Below, piece by piece: positions 10,299 to 22,300 of a stretch of DNA of 63,530 nt. A program made the position numbers and the translations under genes. The stretch lies in the IMG/VR virus record IMGVR_UViG_3300009705_000016, positions 1 to 63,530 of that record; one strand, 5' to 3'. Positions within the stretch are counted from its first letter, which is position 1; each line of letters starts with the position of its first letter. The notes under the pieces were generated by a model. The model saw only the letters and a program-made list of their open reading frames with translations, did no database searches and had not been told where the DNA came from. The stretch is from a virus. Lineage: Duplodnaviria > Caudoviricetes.

Positions 10299-13200
10299 CT
10301 ATTCTTGTATTAAAATGTTATAATATCCGTAACCGTGAAGTTCTAATTCTCCAATTGTAGATACTTGTGCTAATCTTTGTGGTCTTTCAAACACAGAAAC
10401 TTTTCCTCTTTCAATAAATATATCTGAGTATGTTTCTGGTTTCTGAACTACGTTCATCAGAAACTCTTCTTTTGTTAATCTTGGTAGACAACCCATTCTT
10501 GGTTCTGGTGCGAAAAAGCATGGACATAATATTGGGTCTGGATTGGTACATGCTGGGTCATAATTTATTGCTCCTGGGGTATCACAACAACATGGGTCAT
10601 CATCTGGGGTACATCCATCTTTTTGAGATGCCCCAACTATGTCATTCATAAACCCTCCCGTCGCAGCGAGTGGTTGGGTGGTTACAGTTCCTATCGGGAT
10701 AGGATTGGCTATTAATGTAGTGTTATCAAAATCATAAACAAGTCCGCCGGTACCTGTACTTTGTACCGCGTACCAAAGAGCGTCCCATTTAAATAACCCA
10801 AATATCGCATTTACCCCAGTATCGTTAGCAGCAATTTCATACCATGCCGTTGCGTTACCTAAATCGTCACCCATTTGATTTCCTAAGAGTGCACCTAAAC
10901 TAAATTTACCAACTATACCATCACTTAGATTGGGTGGGTAATTATAAGTTATTGTTAAATTTCCTGTATTAACATCTATAATAACGTCTCCTGTAGATAC
11001 TGCTTGTGTGGTGTCCGCACCTGTTGGTTGGGGAGTCAGAATGGTTGGGAATGTTGGGTTTGGTAACATGAATAGTACTTGTGCAGACGCTGTTGGTGAG
11101 CTAATATCAATTTCTAAAACCGTATCACTAACAGAAATCAAAGTAGTGTCATCCTTAGCTACTAAGGCATTACCTATAGTTTTAAATGTGTTGGCACTTC
11201 CATCCCACTCTGTCCTTCCAAAAGTTTGACATACGTTTGTAATATCAATATCTCTAACATATGTTGGGTTTATCGTTCCCGCTGGTTCATTATTACCCCC
11301 AGGGTCTATAGTAAACGGGTCTATAGCTACTCTATATTCTCTAATAATTCCTATTGGTAATCCCACATTTTGACCTGCTGTTTCTAACATAACTTGACCA
11401 TACGTACCAGATGCTTGGTCTATATCAACTACTCTACAACTATATAACCATATTAAATTTTCCTCAGGAGAGGAACCTGGTATCAGAGCGTTTGCAATAT
11501 CCCAGGAACCAGTACCACTTTGGTGTCCTAAACCTAAAGACCATAAAGATTCAGTACCTGGTAATATATTTTCATCAAATTGGTCATCATGAAATAAGAA
11601 TGCTAGATTATTTGGAGCTGTGGTAGGTGGACCATAAGAATACACATTTCCTTGTCTATCGTTCATAAAAACTGCACAATCTTCTAAATATTCTGGTACA
11701 CAAATTTCATCACATTCTTCCATAGCTGAACCTGGCCCTGTACATGGATATGCTGTACCATTCAAACAAGGACCAAACACACCTGGGTCGGACCAAACAT
11801 ATGGTCCTGGAGCAAGGATTGATGTGTCAATATCTATACAACAATCTGTACCTGGTATGCAACCACCTGTCTGGACACCACTAGCATTAAATGTTGGTGG
11901 GTTATGTTGTATATTACAATATACCCCTTCACAAGCACAAAAACTTTCATAAGGTTGTCCCTGTTCTTCAGCAAGTGGGTCATAACCACAATTTGAGCAA
12001 GGATGGACTGGGGACCCTGGAATACAACCATTTGGTATGTTACTACTGAATGATGGTCCACCACCTTGTGTTGGACATAAATGTAACCCGTTGGGACATT
12101 CTGTTGTTGGTGTTAGGTCTACTAAATCGAAAACCCCGTCTACACAACAACCGTCATCCATACAACCTACTACTGGTGGGTCTATACAGTTATCTGGTAC
12201 ACAAGGGGCTGTTAATTGAGCCGCTGAGTATATAACCATTGGGTCATGACAAGATTCTCCATAATTTGTAGCTGTTTGGTCCATACAACCTTCATATTCA
12301 CAACATTGTGTACCATCTAAGATTGGATATAAACATCCATTAGCTCCTGGAGTATGATTGGTGGCCGTTGTATCAGTGCAACCAACATAATAACAATCGT
12401 TATTTGGTGATGGTGGTGATTCATTGGTAAAACAGGAACTAAATGCTGGGTTTGTTAATATCCCTCCTGTTGCTGGTATAACCGGGTTATCGTTACAATC
12501 TAAAGTGTGATTTGCTACACAACCAATAGGTCCTGGGTCACCATTAGGTAGGGGTGTCATATTATCACATGGGGTGGATATACCATCTTTACACCCAGGA
12601 TACATACAACAACTAGTGTCGGTTATTCCTCCAGATGTCCAACTTCCATTTGCCCATGTACCACAACCATCAGGATTTACTGGGTCGTAGTTTAGTGCTG
12701 ATGAGTCGGGACATCCAGGGTATATACAACATCCACTATCTAAATTTGGATTTACTCCGTATGTTGTGGGTATGTGGACATTATAACAATCCCAATAAGT
12801 ATTTATCGCATTTTGGTCTAAACAACCATATAAATTCGCAACACATGTAGTACAGTTTGTTTCTACAATGTTTGAAGGTTCGTTATTCATAGCCATCAAT
12901 GCTAATAGACCATGATTAATTGTATAACCGGCTATGTGAGTGGTCCAATAATCTCCTTCCATAAACGCACTTGGGCAAGTAATTGATGTGTTATCCCAAT
13001 CATTTTGATTTTCTACAATTTTTAAGATTTCTAAACAAGCATCAAGTTGTCCAGTACCATTAGTATTACTAACCACTAACCATTGTACACCTGGGCCAGT
13101 TTGAGAAAAATCTATATTAGGTAATGCAGTATAGAACTCACCTAAATCGCATAAACAAGGGTCAGTACCGGTGCCTGGGGTTACAGAATCTATTCCTGAT

Positions 13201-13535
13201 GGACCACAAGTATTATAACCAGTCCACCCACCAGGTCCAGGACATCCATTCCACTGAGGATTTAGAGTTCCATCATTTAAAAATTCATGTGGAAAATTCC
13301 AAAACATATTAGGTGACATCGTAAAACACCCCTGAGGTAGTGCTGGTATCCCAAACCACCACATAGCTACGGCACCTTCAGCTGGACAACAACTACCTAA
13401 ACTACAGATAGAATTGTCATTAATCTGATTATACCCAAGAATCATCCTAGCATTTATCGCTACAAAATTACCTGTTGCTACCCCACTAGGGTCTTCTGTT
13501 TCAAAACTTGCGTCATTCCATGATATAGTTGGCAT
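10299..13535 (-). CDS. Cys-rich repeat protein, putative fibre/adhesin
   Basis: Repeated GCxDxxAxNY-type units (GCLDQNAINTY, GCPDSSALNYDP, GCTDTTATNH, GCMDQTATNY, CCDTPGAINYDP). Confidence 0.55.
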   Translation of the reverse strand: MPTISWNDASFETEDPSGVATGNFVAINARMILGYNQINDNSICSLGSCCPAEGAVAMWWFGIPALPQGCFTMSPNMFWNFPHEFLNDGTLNPQWNGCPGPGGWTGYNTCGPSGIDSVTPGTGTDPCLCDLGEFYTALPNIDFSQTGPGVQWLVVSNTNGTGQLDACLEILKIVENQNDWDNTSITCPSAFMEGDYWTTHIAGYTINHGLLALMAMNNEPSNIVETNCTTCVANLYGCLDQNAINTYWDCYNVHIPTTYGVNPNLDSGCCIYPGCPDSSALNYDPVNPDGCGTWANGSWTSGGITDTSCCMYPGCKDGISTPCDNMTPLPNGDPGPIGCVANHTLDCNDNPVIPATGGILTNPAFSSCFTNESPPSPNNDCYYVGCTDTTATNHTPGANGCLYPILDGTQCCEYEGCMDQTATNYGESCHDPMVIYSAAQLTAPCVPDNCIDPPVVGCMDDGCCVDGVFDLVDLTPTTECPNGLHLCPTQGGGPSFSSNIPNGCIPGSPVHPCSNCGYDPLAEEQGQPYESFCACEGVYCNIQHNPPTFNASGVQTGGCIPGTDCCIDIDTSILAPGPYVWSDPGVFGPCLNGTAYPCTGPGSAMEECDEICVPEYLEDCAVFMNDRQGNVYSYGPPTTAPNNLAFLFHDDQFDENILPGTESLWSLGLGHQSGTGSWDIANALIPGSSPEENLIWLYSCRVVDIDQASGTYGQVMLETAGQNVGLPIGIIREYRVAIDPFTIDPGGNNEPAGTINPTYVRDIDITNVCQTFGRTEWDGSANTFKTIGNALVAKDDTTLISVSDTVLEIDISSPTASAQVLFMLPNPTFPTILTPQPTGADTTQAVSTGDVIIDVNTGNLTITYNYPPNLSDGIVGKFSLGALLGNQMGDDLGNATAWYEIAANDTGVNAIFGLFKWDALWYAVQSTGTGGLVYDFDNTTLIANPIPIGTVTTQPLAATGGFMNDIVGASQKDGCTPDDDPCCCDTPGAINYDPACTNPDPILCPCFFAPEPRMGCLPRLTKEEFLMNVVQKPETYSDIFIERGKVSVFERPQRLAQVSTIGELELHGYGYYNILIQE

Positions 13536-13555
13536 ATTATATTTTAATTTTAATT

Positions 13556-16500
13556 TTATTCATTACATGGTTCCCAACACGTTCGTGAAGTGAATCTAGA
13601 ATCTCCTGCTCCAGTTGGGACAGCCATATTAATTATCGGTGGAGTATCACATGCTGGTGCACTTAAATCTGTACACGGGTGATATGTTCCACTTCCATAA
13701 AGTGATGATTCACATATAGCTATTGTATTTGGGTCACCACAATCAACATCAAAAACACCATCTCCATCTGGGTCTAGAAGTCCCATAGTTGGGTCACATA
13801 TTGGGAATGGTTTATACCAATATTTATGTTTGGAATTAGCTTGTGAGTCGGAATAAGAAAATCCAATTACTACATCATAAGCATTGTATGAGTCCATAGA
13901 ACTGTATAACCTAAATGGCCATTCGGTCATATTCATTTGAGTCTCTATACCGTCACATGGACCACACCCACCACCACAACTTTGAGCAAGATTTGCGTTA
14001 CATTGAGTTTCATCATTTTCGCTGCATCCTAGTGATGGCATATTATTAGCGAACGCCCAATCTATACACGAACCATTATATAGTGTTCCATTATTTACAT
14101 GATTATTATTTATACAAGTACTATTCTCTAAAACTTGTGTACAGTTACCACCCATACAAACCCACGCGTCAGGTACATCACAACTATTATCACACCCAGA
14201 GATGTCTATATAAGTTTGGTCGGTCCAATATTTTAACCCACCATTAACCATATCAAATTCACTACAGTATAAACCAATAGGCCCATCAGTTACATTGTGA
14301 GGTCCTTCACAAAGTCCATGACCATCACATTCCCAACTTACACAATTATCTTCACAAAGTGTTTTATCATTAAAACCTCCAGCTGGACCATTTGAGAGTT
14401 GGGTACATCCATGCCCACCATATTGACCAGTACCTAAATCTACAATAGCTTCTTCTATTCCAAGTGTACATTTACAATACCATTGATAGGTTATGACACC
14501 ACAACCATTATTTACACAATCTTGGTCACTCGTGTATATTTGTATGGGGGTAACCGCACCAGCTGGTGGTGCATTACCTTGTATAACACCCTGACAAGCG
14601 TAACCTGTGTTACCATTCTGTGGAGCAGGTGGTACGTTAATACAATACCAATCATAAAAAACAATTACACCACCACAATTATTTTGACATGAAATTAAAT
14701 CAGGGTAAATTCCCACTGGTGTTGGTACACAATTAGTACCACCAGCACCATCTGGAACACAGCTATAGTTGGTTGTTGTTTGTACACAGATACCGGCTAG
14801 TTGAGCAGCTTGACATAGTGAAAGTGCACCGACACCCAGATAGTCAGCACCACTCCATCCGAATGCCGACGGTGAGACTGGCACACAATTACCATCAACA
14901 CAATTATAGTGAATTGGGTCCCCTGTTATTGGTACACATGGGTGAGATATACACGCATTTAATGCGTCTGCTCCGGTAGGTCCTGAAAATTGAGCGCTTG
15001 GGTAATATGGACTTGTAGGTGAGATTAGAACACATGTACCACCTATACAGTCATATTTGGGTGGTAACAAGTCGTCTAATGGACACGAACCATAGCAAAC
15101 TCTCCAAAAAGGAGATGAGGTATCTGTAGGGTCTGGTTCTATACCAGCTATAATAATACTAACAGCGAAGAAACAACAACCATTCCAGTAAACAAAATCT
15201 GTAGGTTCATAGTCCTCAGTTATATCCCATACCCCTCTATCGTTATAAACATCTTGGGTTGTGTAACTGGTACCGTCATAATAAACTTGTACCCCATTAC
15301 AAACATCACAAGCTCCTTGTATTGCGTATCCACATTCTCTTAATAAATAATCTTCTGGATTCAATCCATAACTCAAAGTTTCAAATATAGTTTCTCCAGA
15401 TACGTGGTCAAACATAGTAAAAGTTTGGCATGGAGAGACTCCACAATTAGTAATTGTATATGCTGTCCAACCTACATAAGGGTCAGGGTCAAAATTTATA
15501 ATCTCACCCATTAAGTTATCTACAAACGAACCGTCAGGTAATTGTGATTGACCCGCAACACTAACTGGATTCCCTAACATATAACCAGGTGGTAAACCGG
15601 CAGTTTGATGGAGGGGGTTATAGGACTGTAAGGAAGATAACATACTATCTGTAACTCCTTGTATTGTATACCCCACTATAGCAGCGGAGTTGTAATTGGA
15701 TGTCACGTAACCATTAATATCCAAACCACTATCTAACGGTCCCCAGTCAGAAGTTTCGTAGTCCATACTAACTGGTGTGGTAAATCCTGGTGGTGTAAAA
15801 GTATAAGTTTGTCCTGTGTTTACTATAGATGACAAAATATTTGCTCCTGTTTGATATGGTACTGTTGCCGTGTGTGATACAGAACTAACACCCCAAGGTG
15901 CGGACATTTGTATATTAATAATATAAGTTCCGGGATTTGTATATGTGTAGTTGGTGGTAGAAATAGGAGCTGTAACAGTGGTGGAAGCCCCTAACCCGTC
16001 TCCCCAATCAATAGTATATTGTATATCCTTTAGGAATTTAAAAAAGTTAAAATCTGTAGTATTTAAAATACTAGCGGTCATAGGGTCTAGTGGGTCACCA
16101 ACAACTACAAAATTAGAAAAAGTATCTTGTTGGTCCATAGTACCATCCCACATACTATAATGACCTATATCGTTATAATCTTGGTCTAAGAATATAACCA
16201 AATTAGATTCTTGGTCATTTCTACCGGTTCTATTACAACATTTACACAAATCTAATGGGTCACTCACACTATTAGGACCATGTCTATTAATGGAAAAAGC
16301 ACCACCATGTAAAATGTTACTAATATTACTATTATAATTGCCACAACCAAGACAATATTTATTTTGTTGTTCAACTGTCATTTCATACATAGGTTGACAT
16401 GGGTCTTCAATTAATCCACAACAACTTTCACCTCTTGCTGGGCAACACACATTTACTAGTCCACTATGACAATCCATACAAGCATTCATTATCATAACAT

Positions 16501-16651
16501 TATCAAACAATGCCTCACAAGGAGTACAATCTAGGGAAGGTGGACGTGTAGGTGGAGATATTGGTGGTCTAACAAGTGTAGGTTCTTCACAACGTGGAGA
16601 TGCCATACCAGGTATCTTACCTGTCCATATTTTATATTTATATATTTCCAT
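13556..16651 (-). CDS. PKD-domain and Cys-rich repeat protein, putative fibre/adhesin
   Basis: YTIDWGDG...YTYTNPGTYII PKD signature; repeated (Y/W)xC..GxC units (YDCIGGTCV, YNCVDGNCV, WECDGHGLC, WVCMGGNCT). Confidence 0.6.
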   Translation of the reverse strand: MEIYKYKIWTGKIPGMASPRCEEPTLVRPPISPPTRPPSLDCTPCEALFDNVMIMNACMDCHSGLVNVCCPARGESCCGLIEDPCQPMYEMTVEQQNKYCLGCGNYNSNISNILHGGAFSINRHGPNSVSDPLDLCKCCNRTGRNDQESNLVIFLDQDYNDIGHYSMWDGTMDQQDTFSNFVVVGDPLDPMTASILNTTDFNFFKFLKDIQYTIDWGDGLGASTTVTAPISTTNYTYTNPGTYIINIQMSAPWGVSSVSHTATVPYQTGANILSSIVNTGQTYTFTPPGFTTPVSMDYETSDWGPLDSGLDINGYVTSNYNSAAIVGYTIQGVTDSMLSSLQSYNPLHQTAGLPPGYMLGNPVSVAGQSQLPDGSFVDNLMGEIINFDPDPYVGWTAYTITNCGVSPCQTFTMFDHVSGETIFETLSYGLNPEDYLLRECGYAIQGACDVCNGVQVYYDGTSYTTQDVYNDRGVWDITEDYEPTDFVYWNGCCFFAVSIIIAGIEPDPTDTSSPFWRVCYGSCPLDDLLPPKYDCIGGTCVLISPTSPYYPSAQFSGPTGADALNACISHPCVPITGDPIHYNCVDGNCVPVSPSAFGWSGADYLGVGALSLCQAAQLAGICVQTTTNYSCVPDGAGGTNCVPTPVGIYPDLISCQNNCGGVIVFYDWYCINVPPAPQNGNTGYACQGVIQGNAPPAGAVTPIQIYTSDQDCVNNGCGVITYQWYCKCTLGIEEAIVDLGTGQYGGHGCTQLSNGPAGGFNDKTLCEDNCVSWECDGHGLCEGPHNVTDGPIGLYCSEFDMVNGGLKYWTDQTYIDISGCDNSCDVPDAWVCMGGNCTQVLENSTCINNNHVNNGTLYNGSCIDWAFANNMPSLGCSENDETQCNANLAQSCGGGCGPCDGIETQMNMTEWPFRLYSSMDSYNAYDVVIGFSYSDSQANSKHKYWYKPFPICDPTMGLLDPDGDGVFDVDCGDPNTIAICESSLYGSGTYHPCTDLSAPACDTPPIINMAVPTGAGDSRFTSRTCWEPCNE

Positions 16652-17592
16652 TATGGGTTTAGATATTCGTAAAAATTTATTGCTGTTATACCAGGAGCGT
16701 CACCCACTTGTGGCCCTATCCCATTAGTCGCAGCGTACAGACTTGTATCAAACTCATTAATTACATAAGTATATTTTATTGGGTTAAATATAATTTGGTA
16801 ATAGTAGTAATCGGGACTACTCAAATTAAATCCATTAGTTGGTTGTGGTTTATTAATAAACTTATGTGTTTTACCAGTTTCCGCGTTAAAGAACTTACAA
16901 GTCATATAAAAAACATTATATTTTACTAAATCTCTATTCTTTAACCATTGTATATAATAATTTTCAGATTTTTTACCTATCGCAGCAAATTCAAAAAGTG
17001 AACCTTCTAATTTTTCATAATAATAAGGACCTACTCCAAGTCCGCCTGAAGTCATGTCTACTATCTGAGCGTTTCTCCACGCAACAGAGTCATAATTTAT
17101 TGATGTGGGGTCATTATCAATTTCAGCTAACTCCCCCAATCCTGGTATTGGCAGGTCGGCAAAATTCATCCCATTGTTAGCTGGATTAACAATAGAAAAA
17201 TATAATCTTTGTTGTTGTAGGTTAGGTGTGTCATAAAAGTCAAACTTAAAAAAACTTTTTGTAAAATTAGATTTTCTTCTATTAACATCTAAATGTGTTA
17301 TACCTACTGTAGTGTAATCTGGTACATAGTCTGTAATAAGTCCTGTTGGTTGGGCTTGTGTCATAAACCCAATCTGATAATATATTCTATTGTTTGGGTT
17401 AATTAGATTGTCTGGTTTGTACCTAGTAGTCTCAAAATCCTGAATTATATTAACATTGTCCTGCATTTCTGACCTTTCATATAGAGCTACCAGTTGTTCT
17501 CTACCTAAAGATTCGTCAAAATCCGTAGCTATCGGTATAGTTACTTTTTTATCCCCATCATTTCTTTTTATTCTAATTCTATTCACAGTCAT
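16651..17592 (-). CDS. Hypothetical structural protein (313 aa)
   Basis: Overlaps both neighbours in the baseplate operon. Confidence 0.55.
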   Translation of the reverse strand: MTVNRIRIKRNDGDKKVTIPIATDFDESLGREQLVALYERSEMQDNVNIIQDFETTRYKPDNLINPNNRIYYQIGFMTQAQPTGLITDYVPDYTTVGITHLDVNRRKSNFTKSFFKFDFYDTPNLQQQRLYFSIVNPANNGMNFADLPIPGLGELAEIDNDPTSINYDSVAWRNAQIVDMTSGGLGVGPYYYEKLEGSLFEFAAIGKKSENYYIQWLKNRDLVKYNVFYMTCKFFNAETGKTHKFINKPQPTNGFNLSSPDYYYYQIIFNPIKYTYVINEFDTSLYAATNGIGPQVGDAPGITAINFYEYLNP

Positions 17593-19315
17593 CGTATCTA
17601 GGTAATGTTAATAAAGGAGGTCTTGTATAATCCTTATCTATTATTATAGGTTTAATATTAAATATTAAATTAATGTACGGATAATGAACACCATTTACAA
17701 ATGGGTAATCAACACCGTTTGTTTCCGATTCATAAAAACCAATAGGTAATATTTCTCTCCACCTAAACAGTCCTTCATACATTGAAAACGTAGAATATTC
17801 CATAACGTATTCAAAGTTTTTATGTACTGTAATAGCTTCAGACAGTGTTCTAATTGGTATTCTATGGTGTGGTTGGTAGTAATATCCTCCTGCTATCTCT
17901 TCAATCGCTCCATCGTTATTGTGGTAAAAAGAAAACCCGTTTGTCTCCTCATTATTAAAGGTTAGTTTATGACTTATATCTGATAATATTCTTTCAGTAA
18001 GTTCCCATTCGTTGTATTCCACAAAAGCCCCGGTAAATGTATCACCACTTTGTGGTAAATTCCAAGGAGTTGTTAAATTAGATTCTATATTATTATTAGG
18101 GTATGGGTCTTCTATACCATTAGGTATAAAATTCCAATCCCACCCAATACCTACTGGACAACCTTCTTTGGTTTTCCATAATCTAGGTTCGTTAACCACA
18201 AAAACACTCAAATATAAATCTATTAATGGTCTACCAAGATTATCTTGGTAATCACTAATATCCAAATCGTTATTAAAATTCCATAAAAAAGATGGGTAAT
18301 CATCTTTTATCACAACATGTTCAATGCCGTTAGGTGGTGACTTTTGAGCTGGAAAATTTTTCTGTGTTCTTGAGAATATCCCTGTTTCAAACCCAGTTTT
18401 ACCTAAATTATAATCAGTTGGTTTAGTTAGTATTTTGTGGGAGTGTGTGTAATAGTTGGATAGTGTTTCATCAACATTTTGTGGGTCTATCAATCTTTTA
18501 AATACCCCCATATCGTATTCATTAATAACTTGTGTTGCGTCTTGTAGTAATACATTAAAGATTTTTTTCTCACTATCTGCATGCCCATCACCAAATGAAA
18601 ACACAGGTAATTGTGTTGTGTTATTTAAACTTGCAATTTGATTTGTTGTACCTAAAGGTGTGACTGTTGCTCCTACTTCTAAAACTATATATTCGTTTTC
18701 CAATAAACCGTGTTCTACAGCACATATAAATTGTACCGCCTGTTTACCTTGTATTTTTACATTTTTACAATAGAATGGTATACCATCTCCAGATTCAAAA
18801 GATATCCCAAATGTATTATACGAAACAGTACTTCCACTTATTACTCTATATTCCATTGGGTAGTTATTCACACTACTTTTAATATATGATTCGTACATCA
18901 CCCAATTATCCTGATATGCATTCATCTCCGCGTAGGTGTGAGTGGACGTTAAAGCGGTAGAAGGGATAAAACTAAAAAATTGATTAGATGGATACCCGCA
19001 TGCTACAGTTTCAGCTGACGATGCTGGGATTGGGTCATAATATAAACTATTAGCTATAAATGTATCTAGCTCATAACTACACCCACTAATCATATTTTGT
19101 GTTAAAGGATTTAGTTTACCATATAATCTATAAATGGTGTTTTCTTCTCTTTCCCTAAAGTATTGGTCTTCTAGATTTAATACTAAATTTCTATTACCTT
19201 CTATTATAGCTCTATTAGCGGACTCAAATGTATATGGTAATAATAAATTTTTATCCTGTGCTCCAACATATCTTTGGGACCCCTTAACTATTCTAATTAT
19301 ATCATTATTTCTCAT
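17579..19315 (-). CDS. Hypothetical structural protein (578 aa)
   Basis: Long ORF abutting its neighbours in the baseplate operon. Confidence 0.55.
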   Translation of the reverse strand: MRNNDIIRIVKGSQRYVGAQDKNLLLPYTFESANRAIIEGNRNLVLNLEDQYFREREENTIYRLYGKLNPLTQNMISGCSYELDTFIANSLYYDPIPASSAETVACGYPSNQFFSFIPSTALTSTHTYAEMNAYQDNWVMYESYIKSSVNNYPMEYRVISGSTVSYNTFGISFESGDGIPFYCKNVKIQGKQAVQFICAVEHGLLENEYIVLEVGATVTPLGTTNQIASLNNTTQLPVFSFGDGHADSEKKIFNVLLQDATQVINEYDMGVFKRLIDPQNVDETLSNYYTHSHKILTKPTDYNLGKTGFETGIFSRTQKNFPAQKSPPNGIEHVVIKDDYPSFLWNFNNDLDISDYQDNLGRPLIDLYLSVFVVNEPRLWKTKEGCPVGIGWDWNFIPNGIEDPYPNNNIESNLTTPWNLPQSGDTFTGAFVEYNEWELTERILSDISHKLTFNNEETNGFSFYHNNDGAIEEIAGGYYYQPHHRIPIRTLSEAITVHKNFEYVMEYSTFSMYEGLFRWREILPIGFYESETNGVDYPFVNGVHYPYINLIFNIKPIIIDKDYTRPPLLTLPRYDDCE

Positions 19316-22300
19316 CTATAGGTAAATGTCATCATCATGTTTTAATGGGATATACTTCTTAGCGAACAAATCGTAGGAAGTAGACCCCGGAACTAATCCA
19401 AAATAAAAATGATACCCAGTCCCTAACGCTATTTCTCTTTCCATCTGGTCAGAAGATATTGGCGTGGTAGGAACCCCCCACGCTATCCTATTTTGGAAAT
19501 CTCCCTGTGCAATATCCCCCACATCGGTCATAAAATCACCAAATTCATATCTATCATCAGAACCGTAACCCCCACCAAATTGGTTAGTGGCTCCTTTATC
19601 CCACTTATAAAATGGCACTACTTGTGAGGTTTGGTCAAGGTATATATTTAAACAATCTCTTATGTCTTGTCCAGATTGGTTTGATGTGGTACCTGATGCT
19701 AGACCAACTGTTAGTTGTATTGAGTCAAAATTACCAACGTGTGGACACCCCACTGACCTATCTTCCCAATATTGTTGTCCCTCCGGTATCCAACCATTTA
19801 CCCAGTCTGGACTTCCATACGCACTATAACCGGGTGGGGAATTAAAAGTATCCATGGTCCAATAGGTACCACCACCTGGGTATGGTGTTGTTTCACCTGG
19901 TGGACTATAATCCCAACCTAAATTATAAGCAGTCCACCACATAGTCCCTGGTGATATACCTATATTTGCCCCTCCAGTTGTAACATCAGCACCAAATAGC
20001 ATCATACTCATATCATCAGGACTCTCATATTCTACACTACCAACCTCATTAAATTGTGAAAGTATGGAAGCCATTCCTCCATTCAACTCTCTTCTTTTTC
20101 CATCACCAGCAAACCAACCACCACTTTCATATCTCTGAAATGGTGTTCTTAAATTAATCATCTCAGCTATCCCGTCATTTGCATTTACTATTTCGTTTAT
20201 AGCGTCAAACATAAAATCTCCTGGGTCCGCAAAACTTGTAGTCCCTAAATCGTTTGCTATAGAACAACCTTCAGATGCTCCACCTGTCTCAACACAAATT
20301 TCTCCTATATTTTCAATTAATGGACCTAAATCCATTATAGTTGTAGGTGCTAATATATTACTCCTATTGGCTCCCGCAGCTGGTGTAACACTAACTAAAT
20401 CTCTAAGCATTGTTAATACACCCACTGGATTTAACAGTTGCCAAGCATTAAATGAATGTGCGTCATAAGCCGCCCCACCCCGAAAAGTACCAGTATTTGT
20501 AACTGGGTCATACTCATATGGTGTACACCTATAATAGAAATTTTGGGATTCTGGGTGGAAAGCTACCAAATCCTCACACATTTTAACTTTAAACCCTGCG
20601 TCTTCATCACTATCCGGTTTTACCTTTGCTTTAAACTGAAACGCGTATAAAAACCCGGTTACCCAATTATTACTCCAGAAATAATTCATAAGACCGTCAC
20701 ACATAGACCTAAAAAGATTTTCTCTCTTTCTCCAATCCGAGATGGCTACGGTTGGTCCTTTATCATCTCCAAACGCACCAACTAAAGCACTAAGTATATT
20801 ATCCCACTTTATGTTATAACACCCATCTTCTAAATGAAATGTCTCACTAGAAGGCCCATTACAATTAACATAATCATCTTCTTCCTCACCTTCATCATCA
20901 CAATTACCATAACAATCCGAAATACACCCACCACCACCTGCCGCTGTATAACAACCACATTTATCACATTCTGGATATTTAGTTACTCTTAAGTGAAGAC
21001 ACCCAAAAATACTACTACAATTAAAAGCAGCGTCAAAATCTACCTTACAACATATTTTGGCATTCAATGGGTCGTCACAACAACATTTACACTGACTAGT
21101 TACACCCCCACTAAAAGCCCAGTACCATGCTTTACATACTGCACAAACAATTGTGTTTATAACACCCGTAATAAACCCCCAAATAACACCAACTATATCA
21201 ACAACTGAGCATATTATAACCATAAGCCAATAAACAGTTATCCATATATACTGCATCATTCTAGTTATAAACTGATTCATTACTATAGCGAAGTTTACAT
21301 TTTTATTTGCTGTATTTATCGGGAACTTTACAGCCTGCCCACCACAATCATCTGATTCTGCAGGTGCTATTTCTTTTACCCCAATAAAAGCATCCTTAGC
21401 TCTAGCTTTCCAGTGATTATGAAATTGTGATACGGCATAAGCTCTTCCGTATCTAAACTCGTAAAACACATCTTTACAAGCGATAAGTTCACCCATATTA
21501 ATAGCAGCTTCTGTATACTTAAAATAATGTATACCAAAATAATACGTAGATGAAAGAACAACATCTCTAGTGAAGGGGAGTGTAACGGTACCCCCAGGAT
21601 TAAGGGGGTTGGGGTCGGGGATTGTAACGTTAAAGTCTTCTTCCCGATAATATTCTTTTATTTGTGGTATTAGGAATGCCCCTCTTCTTCTTTGACGAGC
21701 ACTTCCTGTTGTTTCTAATGGTTTTGCCCTAAACCTGTATTTTCCCTTTGTAGGTACCCCCACAGTTGGGTCTGGTGATAATTCTCTTTCACCGTATTCA
21801 TTTGTTACTACATAGTCTAAATTCATTGGGACATTAACTAGCCAAGCACCATTATCGTCTATAGTAAATCCACCATCAATATCAAATCTTTCTAAGACCG
21901 GTATTTCTTCTTCCACACCTGGAAGGAAATCAAAGTCATCTGGTCTTGCCTCTTTTTTCCAAAAAGGTGTAAATCTTACCGATTCTAATGTCCCAGGAGA
22001 AGCCACTAAGGAGCATAACTCACCCATATGTCTTCTAGGTTTACATTTTTTGTTTACAGAATTTTTTTCTGTATCGGAAGCCATAGAACCCATAAATACA
22101 GCAGTCGGTTTTATTTCTATCGCTCCCGCGTCTCTTAAATCAAAATCAGCTCTAGTGATTGCTGCTCCACAACCTGACTCGTCATCACCCCATAGAGGTC
22201 TTATATCTACAGATTTTGACATCATTACAATTTGTGGTAAGGAATCTAAATTAGAACCTGTTTTGAATGCTGCTCCGTTAAAATCACTTTCAGGAAATCC

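Noticed and set aside
13536-13555. Frameshift or readthrough joining the two Cys-rich ORFs
   Set aside because: A 20-nt A/T-rich spacer with TAA stop and a proper ATG looks like an ordinary gene junction here
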